DNA of 64,000 bases from Atribacterota bacterium (GTDB taxonomy: Bacteria; Atribacterota; Phoenicimicrobiia; Phoenicimicrobiales; Phoenicimicrobiaceae), in the NCBI GenBank assembly GCA_038203565.1, contig JBBRDV010000002.1, forward strand, positions 14,283 through 78,282, read 5' to 3'. Positions 54,222 to 62,175 of this stretch are shown in pieces (position 1 is the first letter of the stretch; every line of letters begins with the position of its first letter). The notes under the pieces were generated by a model. It did no database searches. It had not been told where the DNA came from and saw nothing but the letters and a program-made list of their open reading frames with translations. The position numbers and the translations under genes were made by a program.

Positions 54222-55028
54222 TTATTCCAATTCTTTTAACTTTACTTTTTGAATTTTAAAATCATTATTATTAAGAATAATCTTAGCAATTCTTTCTACT
54301 TTTTCAGGCAAACCAGTAGTATAATAATTTTCTTCACATTTCCCTCTTTCTTTTAGAATTCCTTTCTGACTAAGGATTTTTTTTAAAGTTAATGAGGTGC
54401 TGACAGATGGATCAATCAATATTACTTCTTGACCTATAATCTCAGAAATCACTTTTTTTAAAAAAGAATAATGGGTGCAGCCTAATATCAAAGTGTCAAT
54501 TTGCGCATCTTTTAAAGGTTTTAAATATTCTCGGGCAATTTCGTAGGTTTCAGGTGTAGTAAATTTACCGGCCTCAACTATAGAGACAAATTTAGGGCAA
54601 AAATTAGAAAAAACTTTTATTTCAGGAGAAACTTTTTTAATCTCTTTAGGATAAGCTCCATTTTTTGTGGTAAATTCGGTGGCAATAATTCCAATCTTCT
54701 TGTTTAAAGTCTTCTTTATGGCATCCTGAACTGCTGGCTGGATAACTCCGATGATGGGAATTGGAAAATATTCTCTTGCTTTTTTGAGGCTGGCAGCGGT
54801 AGCAGTATTGCATGCTATAACACAAATTTTAATTTTTTTCTTTAAAAGGAAGCTAATTATCTGGAAAGTAAATTTAATTAGTTCTGATTGGTTTTTCTCG
54901 CCATAAGGTTGATGCAGATTATCAGCAAAATATTCAATATTTTCTCGGGGAAGCAATTTTTTAACTTCTTTTACTACCGATAAACCACCTAAGCCTGAAT
55001 CTAAAAAACCAACCGGCTGCTCTTTCAT
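54222..55028 (-). CDS. murI: Glutamate racemase
   Basis: DSGLGGLS and CNTA motifs, plus the second catalytic-Cys motif GCTHY; 268 aa. Confidence 0.85.
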   Translation of the reverse strand: MKEQPVGFLDSGLGGLSVVKEVKKLLPRENIEYFADNLHQPYGEKNQSELIKFTFQIISFLLKKKIKICVIACNTATAASLKKAREYFPIPIIGVIQPAVQDAIKKTLNKKIGIIATEFTTKNGAYPKEIKKVSPEIKVFSNFCPKFVSIVEAGKFTTPETYEIAREYLKPLKDAQIDTLILGCTHYSFLKKVISEIIGQEVILIDPSVSTSLTLKKILSQKGILKERGKCEENYYTTGLPEKVERIAKIILNNNDFKIQKVKLKELE

Positions 55029-55092
55029 TTAATACCCCTTTTTTCTGTGTACTACAAGCAATATTCTTTATATTAAAAAGTAATTTACAGGT

Positions 55093-55941
55093 TTAATACT
55101 TATAGCTTTGGGCGAAGAAGGGAAGGTTAAAGGCTGATTTATGCATACCTCTATCATAATATTTTAAATCGTTAAGCTTTAAAGCTTCTGTTTCGTTAAA
55201 GTTGTTTATGGGATGATATTTCTTAGAACAGAAAGTGAATCCAATTACCCCACTGGGATAAGTGGGCACTAAAGTGTAATAATATTCCGAAATGGGATAA
55301 ATATCTCTTATAAAAGAGAATAGTGATTTAATTATTTCTGAATGATAGAAGAACGATTCTGCCTGGGTAACTACAATTCCATCATCTTTTAAGGCCTGGA
55401 ACATTGCTTCAAAAAATTCTCTTCTAAATAAAACTTCTGCAGAACCTACGGGGTCAGAAGAATCGACGATAATTATATCATATTCATTCTTGTGAGTTTT
55501 TACGAATTCATTTCCATCCTCACAATATATTTTTACTTTAGAATTATTAAAACTGCCGGCTAATTTTGGAAAATATTTTTTACAAATTTCTATTACTTTT
55601 CTATCAATTTCGCAGACCTCTACTTCTCTAACACTATCATGTTTTAAAATCTCTCTCACTGCTCCTCCATCCCCTCCCCCAATTACCAGAACTTTTTGTG
55701 CTGTTGGATGAACACATAAAGGAACATGGGCAATCATTTCATGATAACAGAATTCATCAGCCTCAGTGAGCATAATTACCCCGTCGATAAGCAGAATTTT
55801 ACCAAAGGAATCACTTTCTACTACTTCAATCTCTTGAAATTCTGACTTTATCTTTTCGAGAGATTTTGTAATCTTTATCTTTAAAGTTCTGCCTTTTTCT
55901 ATTTCATATTTTTCTTCTATCCAGATATCTTTATGATTCAA
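55093..55941 (-). CDS. speE: Spermidine synthase
   Basis: VLVIGGGDGG...D.IIVDSSDP motifs; 282 aa. Confidence 0.9.
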   Translation of the reverse strand: MNHKDIWIEEKYEIEKGRTLKIKITKSLEKIKSEFQEIEVVESDSFGKILLIDGVIMLTEADEFCYHEMIAHVPLCVHPTAQKVLVIGGGDGGAVREILKHDSVREVEVCEIDRKVIEICKKYFPKLAGSFNNSKVKIYCEDGNEFVKTHKNEYDIIIVDSSDPVGSAEVLFRREFFEAMFQALKDDGIVVTQAESFFYHSEIIKSLFSFIRDIYPISEYYYTLVPTYPSGVIGFTFCSKKYHPINNFNETEALKLNDLKYYDRGMHKSAFNLPFFAQSYKY

Positions 55942-55946
55942 ATATT

Positions 55947-56330
55947 TTAGCCTCTTAAAATATAATGCATTTTAACTTCTTTTGACTTAAAAAAATTCTT
56001 AGTAAATTCTGCTACTACCGAAGGATCATAATATTTACAACTAAATATATCTAGGTAAGCGTTATTAGTACTATTGGCAAAATGTCCTGAAATTAAAGAA
56101 GTTTCAATCAACTGCACCATAGAAAACCCAGCAACTCTCTCGTCTTCACCAAAATGAACAACTTGAGTATCCCCAAATTGTTTCATTTCAATTAATTCAC
56201 AAAGTTCTTTAACATATCTTTTTATTGCTTCTGCATCTCTTATGATTTGAGGGTCACAATTATAAAGATCTACGCTAGTTAACAAACCCCAGACTTTATT
56301 AGCATAATATTCTTTTTTTAAATTTTTCAT
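55947..56330 (-). CDS. SpeH-like paralog (AdoMet decarboxylase fold) lacking the canonical ES processing site and the HTWPE motif
   Basis: Alignable to the upstream SpeH (LYNC..., ...YLDIFSC), but it has IETSLISGHF in place of ISESHFSIHTWPE. It overlaps speH by 4 nt. Confidence 0.55.
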   Translation of the reverse strand: MKNLKKEYYANKVWGLLTSVDLYNCDPQIIRDAEAIKRYVKELCELIEMKQFGDTQVVHFGEDERVAGFSMVQLIETSLISGHFANSTNNAYLDIFSCKYYDPSVVAEFTKNFFKSKEVKMHYILRG

Positions 56331-56719
56331 TTTTTACACACCTCTGGCTTATGTAAAAGTTTTACTGGAAAATCTAAAATCCCTCTCTTCACTTCAATCA
56401 TAGAAATATTGCCTACTTCTAACTCCCTTTTAAGGTATTCTAAGGCTAAGTTACTTTTAATCTCATCGCCGCAGGTAAAAATATCTAAAGCACAATAGCC
56501 ATATTCAGGCCAGGTATGGATGGAAAAATGGGATTCGGAAATTACCACCACCCCACTTACTCCATGGGGAGAAAATTTATGGAAGTTTGAATTTAAGGCA
56601 GTTGCTCCTGAAATTCTTACTGACTCTAGTAATAGTTCCTCCATTTTTGACACATTGTTTATTACCTTTGTATTACAATTATACAGCTCTATCAATAAAT
56701 GATTTCCTAAATAGTTCAT
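56327..56719 (-). CDS. speH: S-adenosylmethionine decarboxylase proenzyme, small pyruvoyl type (SpeH)
   Basis: The ES processing site (VVISESHFSIHTWPE) and the conserved FTCG motif are both present; 130 aa. Confidence 0.8.
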   Translation of the reverse strand: MNYLGNHLLIELYNCNTKVINNVSKMEELLLESVRISGATALNSNFHKFSPHGVSGVVVISESHFSIHTWPEYGYCALDIFTCGDEIKSNLALEYLKRELEVGNISMIEVKRGILDFPVKLLHKPEVCKK

Positions 56720-56940
56720 CCCTCTATTTCGCGATATATACCCACATATCGCCCCCCTTTCTTTAATAAATTAGCCACCTATACCATCTACTACTTTCTT
56801 GATATTTGGTAGCTTTAAAAATACAATTAAAATACAAATGATAATATATCAAAATAGTTTGAATTTAGCAATACTTTTTAATATTTTTTTAAAATATTTT
56901 TTTTAAAAGAACGAAGGAAGAAATAATTTTTTTTCTAATC

Positions 56941-56975
56941 GACCATCTAGCATCTAGGATCATCTAGTATTTAGA
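56941..56975. repeat. (CATCTAG) heptad repeats: catctagcatctaggatcatctag
   Basis: Seen directly, abutting the purB stop. Confidence 0.7.
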
Positions 56976-58274
56976 CTATGATTGGCCAAATACTCTAGTA
57001 AAGATTATATCTATATTACGCAGGTAAGTCTGATAATCAAAACATTCTTCTATCTCTAATTTTGTTAAATATTGGCCTACTTCCGCGTTTTCGAATAAGA
57101 GAGCTTTAAATTCGGCTTGGCCCTGCCAAACCTGCATAGAAATACTCTGCACCATCTTATAGGCCTCCTCTCGAGAAAGGCCTCTTTCAGTCAGTTCTAA
57201 CATTATCTTTTGAGAAAATATCAAACCTTTAGTCTTTTCTAAATTTTGTTTCATATGTTCAGGATAAATATTTAAATTAGTAATAAGATTAGTAAATTTT
57301 TGTAACATATAATCGACTAGAATATTGCTATCGGGAATAATAATCCGCTCTGCAGAAGAATGAGAAATGTCTCTTTCATTCCATAGATTTATATTTTCCA
57401 TGGCGGCAATGGCATTAGCTCTCACTACCCGGGAAAGCCCACAAACTCTCTCACAAATTATGGGATTTCTCTTGTGAGGCATAGCCGAAGAACCCTTCTG
57501 TCCTATGGCAAATTTTTCTTCTACTTCATAAATTTCCGTTCTCTGTAAACTCCTTATTTCAGTGGCAAACTTTTCTAAAGAACTGGCTATTAATGCCAAA
57601 GTAATTAAATAATAAGCATGTCTATCTCTTTGGATAATCTGATTAGAAATTTTTGCTGGTTTTAGGCTAAGTTCTTTACAGACATATTCCTCTACATAGG
57701 GATCAAGGTGAGCTAAGGTCCCTACTGCCCCCGATATCTTACCATAACTTATTTCTTCCTGCGCCCTCTTCATCCTTTCCAAATTTCTCTCCATTTCGGA
57801 GAACCATAAAGCCATTTTAAAGCCAAAAGTAATCGGTTCGGCATGGACACCATGCGTCCTTCCTACCATCAGAGTATATTTGTGCTCTAACGCCCTTTCT
57901 TTCAATGCATTTATTAAATTATTAATATTTTCTATGATTATTTCAGCAGACTGCTTTAACATCAAGGCTAAAGAAGTATCTAATATATCAGAAGAGGTTA
58001 ATCCTTGATGGAAATAACGGGAATACTCTCCTAAATTTTCTCCCACTGCGGTAGTAAAAGCTAATACATCATGCTGAGTTATTTTTTCAATTTCCTGAAC
58101 GCGGGCTAAAGAATATCTGGCATTTTTTCTGATGTTTTCAATAGCTTCTTGGCCTATCTTTCCTAATTCAAATAAAGCTTCACAAACCAAAAGCTCTATT
58201 TTTAACCAAGTTTTATATTTATTTTCCTCTTCCCAAATATTTTTCATAGCCGGAAGAGCATATCGGTCAATCAT
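56976..58274 (-). CDS. purB: Adenylosuccinate lyase
   Basis: Fumarase/ASL family signature (SSAMPHKRNP). The called GTG start at 58283 overlaps the AAGAGGTG RBS, so the ATG at 58274 is preferred. Confidence 0.9.
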   Translation of the reverse strand: MIDRYALPAMKNIWEEENKYKTWLKIELLVCEALFELGKIGQEAIENIRKNARYSLARVQEIEKITQHDVLAFTTAVGENLGEYSRYFHQGLTSSDILDTSLALMLKQSAEIIIENINNLINALKERALEHKYTLMVGRTHGVHAEPITFGFKMALWFSEMERNLERMKRAQEEISYGKISGAVGTLAHLDPYVEEYVCKELSLKPAKISNQIIQRDRHAYYLITLALIASSLEKFATEIRSLQRTEIYEVEEKFAIGQKGSSAMPHKRNPIICERVCGLSRVVRANAIAAMENINLWNERDISHSSAERIIIPDSNILVDYMLQKFTNLITNLNIYPEHMKQNLEKTKGLIFSQKIMLELTERGLSREEAYKMVQSISMQVWQGQAEFKALLFENAEVGQYLTKLEIEECFDYQTYLRNIDIIFTRVFGQS

Positions 58275-58291
58275 TATGGTCACCTCTTATT

Positions 58292-58336
58292 TAGTCGTTA
58301 GTATATAATTAGCGTAGAGCGTACAGCGTATAGTGT
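58292..58336. repeat. 17-mer-like tagtcgttagtatataat then (GCGTANA)x3 repeats
   Basis: tagcgtagagcgtacagcgtatagtgtc seen directly, immediately upstream of the purB RBS. Confidence 0.8.
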
Positions 58337-58443
58337 CAAATTAGTAAGATGCTTGTCCTAATCAAGTTAAAAAGCTAAAGCCAAAAACTAAAAACCATAA
58401 TTTAAAATTTAAAACCTCTTTTGTATAAACTATTGCTTTTAAT

Positions 58444-58500
58444 GTAGGGGTCGGATTTATCCGACCAGAGTTTTGCGGGCTTGATAAATCAAGCCCCTAC
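58444..58500. repeat. Two GC-rich hairpins gtaggggtcggatttatccgacc and gggcttgataaatcaagcccctac
   Basis: Perfect stems cggat/atccg and gggcttgat/atcaagccc, with the cccctac tag. Confidence 0.85.
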
Positions 58501-58546
58501 ACTAAATCTGATCAACCAGTCTGCTAGTCAATTTAATTTTTATTTT

Positions 58547-59842
58547 TTATTTAAATACTTTTTCTCTAATAATTGTCTGGCTTCTTTTGGGACCCAAAGA
58601 TACTATAACCACTTTTGTTCTGACTAATTCTTCTATACGGTGAATATAAGCCTTTAACTGGGGAGGAAGGTCTTCATAATTAGTTACCTGAGAAATATCT
58701 TTCTTCCATCCTTTCATTTCTTCGTATACTGGAATACATTTTTGTAAAATCTCTAAACTAGCCGGGAATTCTTTTATCAATTTTCCATCATATTTATAAG
58801 AAGTACATATCTTAATTTTATCTAAATCGCTCAGAACATCTATCTTAGTTAAAGCTACGCTGTCCATTCCATTTATTCTAACTGCATAGTTTACTACTAC
58901 TGTATCAAACCAACCACACCTTCGAGGTCTTCCCGTAGTTGCTCCAAACTCTCTACCTTTTTGGCGTATATATTCTTCCATTTCCCCTTGAATTTCAGTG
59001 GGCAAAGGTCCTCTTCCTACTCGGGTAGTATAGGCTTTAGTTATTCCTATAACTTTGTCTATTTTAGTAGGACCTACTCCTGTTCCCACACAAGCACCAC
59101 CAGCAATTGGATTAGAGGAAGTCACATAAGGAAAAGTACCATGATCAACATCTAAGAGAGTTCCTTGAGCACCTTCAAATAATATTTTTTTATCTTCCTT
59201 AATAGCTTGATTCAAATATAAGGACACATCCATTAAATATTTTTTCAGTAATTGACCATATTCTTGATATTTTTTTATAAGGTTAATCTTTTCTTGATTA
59301 GACATATTAAGTCCGTATAATTTATTAAAGATTTCGGTCTTTTCTTTCCAATTAATCTCTAGTTTCTTTGATAAGGACTTTTCATCAATTAGATCTACCA
59401 TTCTTATCCCGGTACGAGCAATTTTATCTATATAAGCTGGGCCAATACCTCTTTTAGTCGTACCTAATTTATCTTTTCCTCTTTTTTTTTCCTTTAACTC
59501 ATCTAAGGTTTTATGGTAAGGTAAGACAATGTGGGTTTTAGGATCTATGAATAATTTACCGTCAATTTCTACCCCTTCTTTTTTTAAATTTTCCATTTCC
59601 TGCAATAAAGATTCTGGATCTAATACTACTCCATTACCGATAAGACATTTTTTTCCTTTATGTAAAATGCCAGAGGGTATGAGGTGGAAGATAAATTGCT
59701 TATCTCCTATTACTACGGTATGACCAGCATTGCAGCCACCTTGATATCTCACAATAATGTCTGCTTCCTCGGAAAGTAAATCAGTTATTTTTCCTTTTCC
59801 TTCATCTCCCCATTGAGATCCAACTACAACCAATGTTGACAT
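58547..59842 (-). CDS. purA: Adenylosuccinate synthetase
   Basis: GSQWGDEGKGK P-loop; 431 aa. Confidence 0.95.
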   Translation of the reverse strand: MSTLVVVGSQWGDEGKGKITDLLSEEADIIVRYQGGCNAGHTVVIGDKQFIFHLIPSGILHKGKKCLIGNGVVLDPESLLQEMENLKKEGVEIDGKLFIDPKTHIVLPYHKTLDELKEKKRGKDKLGTTKRGIGPAYIDKIARTGIRMVDLIDEKSLSKKLEINWKEKTEIFNKLYGLNMSNQEKINLIKKYQEYGQLLKKYLMDVSLYLNQAIKEDKKILFEGAQGTLLDVDHGTFPYVTSSNPIAGGACVGTGVGPTKIDKVIGITKAYTTRVGRGPLPTEIQGEMEEYIRQKGREFGATTGRPRRCGWFDTVVVNYAVRINGMDSVALTKIDVLSDLDKIKICTSYKYDGKLIKEFPASLEILQKCIPVYEEMKGWKKDISQVTNYEDLPPQLKAYIHRIEELVRTKVVIVSLGPKRSQTIIREKVFK

Positions 59843-59893
59843 AAAATACTACCTACCCTTTCGATATTTTTTCAAATAAAGTATATTTTTTAA

Positions 59894-60075
59894 GGGTTTG
59901 ATGCCTGCCTGTGCGTTCCCGCACCTGTCTGCGTACGGATACGCACAGGCAGGCGCAGACAGGAATCAAACCTCTACAACACATTACTTATTTCGGGCAG
60001 ACACAAGGTCTGCCCCTACTTGTACCTTACGACCTTATCTTTCTTCTTCTTTCCAACTATACGCTATACGCTATT
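59894..60075. repeat. Complex nested palindrome gggtttgat...atcaaacctctac (59894-59977), REP gggcagacacaaggtctgcccctac (59995-60019), and heptads ctatacgctatacgctatt (60057-60075)
   Basis: Seen directly. It is paralogous to 26926-27038. Confidence 0.85.
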
Positions 60076-60076
60076 T

Positions 60077-61627
60077 TCATTCCCATTCAATCGTTGCTGG
60101 TGGTTTTGAACTAATATCATAAACCACCCGGTTAATACCTTTAACTTCATTAATAATTCTATTAGATATCTCTCCTAATATCTTATATGGTATTTTAGCC
60201 CAATCAGCAGTCATACCATCACTACTGGTTACAATCCTTAAGGTAAGAACAAAATCATAGGTTCGACTATCTCCCATCACTCCAACTGTCTTTATGGGAA
60301 GTAAGATGCCAAAAGATTGCCATACCTTTTTATAGAGATTGTTCTTTTTTATTTCTTGTTTAATTATCTCATCTGCTTCTCTTAAAATATCTAACTTTTC
60401 TTTATCGGCCAAACCAATTACTCTTATAGATAACCCCGGCCCAGGGAAAGGTTGTCTCCAGATTACTTCTTCAGGAAACTTTAGTTTTTTCGCTACTTTC
60501 CTCACTTCATCCTTAAACAGGTATTTTAAGGGCTCCAGGACTTTAAGTTTCATTTCCTCAGGCAATCCACCTACATTATGATGAGACTTAATCTTTGAAG
60601 AAGGACCTTCTAAGGAAATACTCTCTATTACATCGGGATAGAGAGTCCCTTGTAATAAATATTCTACCTTACCGATGTCTTTTGCCTTTTCCTCAAATAT
60701 TCGAATAAATTCTTCCCCAACAACCTTTCTCTTTGTTTCGGGGTCACTTATGCCTTTCAATCTCTTTAAAAATCTCTCAGAGGCATCAACATAGATTAAA
60801 TCTATTTTAAAATTTTCTTTAAATCTTTTTTGTACTTCTTCTGCTTCTCCCTTTCTTAATAGGCCATTATTAATGAAAATACAATATAGCTGATTACCAA
60901 TAGCCTTGTGGGTTAATACTGCTGCCACCAATGAATCTATCCCTCCACTTACGCCAGCTACTACCCTACCTTTACCAACTTTTTCTTTAATCTCCTTTAC
61001 AGATTGTTCGATGAATGACTCCAGATTCCAACTAGGCTTGCACTGGCATATCTTATACAGAAAATTCTCAAATATCTTTTTTCCTAAAGGTGTATGGGTA
61101 ACTTCAGGATGAAATTGGATTCCATAAATTTTCTTCTCCTTATTTACCATGGCTGCAATTTTGGTATTTTCGCTACGAGCGATGGTTTTAAAATTTAGAG
61201 GAAGATCTTCTACTAAATCTTGATGACTCATCCAGCAATCGGTCTCTTTAGGATATCCATAAAAAATATCCTCTTGATTATCCAAAATAATATTAACCCT
61301 GCCATATTCTGCTTGATACGTCTTGGCAACTTTCCCTCCTAAAACCTGGGCAATTAGTTGGGCACCATAACAAATACCTAATATGGGTATATCTAATTCA
61401 AATATTTTTTTATCACATATTGGTGCTTGAGCTTCATATACGCTTGCTGGTCCCCCAGAGAGGATAACCCCTTTAGGTGGATCCTTTCGTATTTTTTCTA
61501 AGCTGATATAATAAGGAAATATTTCCGAGTAAACTTTAGCTTCTCTTATTCGTCTGGCAATTAATTGGGTATATTGTGAACCAAAATCTAAAATTGCAAT
61601 CCATTCTTTCTTTTCCCCTTTTTTCAA
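60077..61627 (-). CDS. guaA: GMP synthase (glutamine-hydrolysing)
   Basis: GATase domain plus an ATP-pyrophosphatase domain (SGGIDSLV P-loop); 516 aa. Confidence 0.95.
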   Translation of the reverse strand: MKKGEKKEWIAILDFGSQYTQLIARRIREAKVYSEIFPYYISLEKIRKDPPKGVILSGGPASVYEAQAPICDKKIFELDIPILGICYGAQLIAQVLGGKVAKTYQAEYGRVNIILDNQEDIFYGYPKETDCWMSHQDLVEDLPLNFKTIARSENTKIAAMVNKEKKIYGIQFHPEVTHTPLGKKIFENFLYKICQCKPSWNLESFIEQSVKEIKEKVGKGRVVAGVSGGIDSLVAAVLTHKAIGNQLYCIFINNGLLRKGEAEEVQKRFKENFKIDLIYVDASERFLKRLKGISDPETKRKVVGEEFIRIFEEKAKDIGKVEYLLQGTLYPDVIESISLEGPSSKIKSHHNVGGLPEEMKLKVLEPLKYLFKDEVRKVAKKLKFPEEVIWRQPFPGPGLSIRVIGLADKEKLDILREADEIIKQEIKKNNLYKKVWQSFGILLPIKTVGVMGDSRTYDFVLTLRIVTSSDGMTADWAKIPYKILGEISNRIINEVKGINRVVYDISSKPPATIEWE

Positions 61628-61905
61628 ATAAATCCCTCCAGTTTACGCTTTTCGGTTTCTATGAAATACTTTATAAATATACAACAATTTACTATCAATA
61701 ATTTATTCACAGTAATAATTATAACATATCTTTAATTCGTAACCATATTTATTTAATATTTTTAAATTTTTTTAAAAAAAAAGAAGGACTTTTATAAATT
61801 GATGTAGTATATATATTTAGTTATGTTTAGAATGTATGATAGTAAATTAAAAAATAGTACCAAGAAAAATATTTCTCCTAATTAAATACAGTAATCTGTA
61901 TGAAA

Positions 61906-62130
61906 GTAGGGGGAGAAGTCTTTTCTTTTATAGAAAAGGAGCCGAAGGGGCACGATGTATGATACATTTAAACTCTCAGGCAAAAGGACCCTTACTGGAC
62001 AGAACTCTGGAAAGTTTTTTAATAAACACCGAAGGGGCAATTTTTTGTTATCTATTGATAACCAAAAAAAATCTCTCAGGTAAAAAGACAGAGCAGGAAT
62101 AATCTTTAAATATTCTTTTTCTGTCTTTTA
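61906..62130 (+). ncRNA. Tandem glycine riboswitch (two aptamers) with a terminator-type expression platform
   Basis: Aptamer 1: GGGGGAGAAG ... GCCGAAGGGGCA ... CUCUCAGGCAAAAGGACC. Aptamer 2: ACUCUGGAAAG ... CACCGAAGGGGCAA ... UCUCUCAGGUAAAAAGACAGAGC. Both match the glycine-riboswitch conserved cores. The hairpin aaagacagag...ctctgtcttt plus a T-tract (62083-62130) overlaps the 3-prime P1 strand of aptamer 2. Confidence 0.8.
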
Positions 62131-62175
62131 TTATTTTAACTAAAATAAATAACAAAAAACTAAGGAGGCACAAAA

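Noticed and set aside
58275-58283. GTG start of purB at 58283
   Set aside because: That GTG overlaps the AAGAGGTG Shine-Dalgarno. The ATG 9 nt downstream (58274) has ideal spacing.
59898-60122. Two overlapping plus-strand ORFs (74 and 67 aa)
   Set aside because: They are encoded by the GC-rich palindrome and then run antisense into the guaA 3-prime end.
61628-61760. Possible purine riboswitch upstream of guaA
   Set aside because: The leader contains CGTAAAC- and GTTTCTA-like fragments, but they are on opposite strands and the conserved purine-aptamer junction sequences are missing.
61943-61962. REP-like gggcacgatgtatgatacat inside the riboswitch region
   Set aside because: Its similarity to the gggcacgatgcatcgtgccc hairpin family is partial. 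The segment is better explained as the P3 stem of glycine aptamer 1, whose GAAGGGGCA core is conserved.
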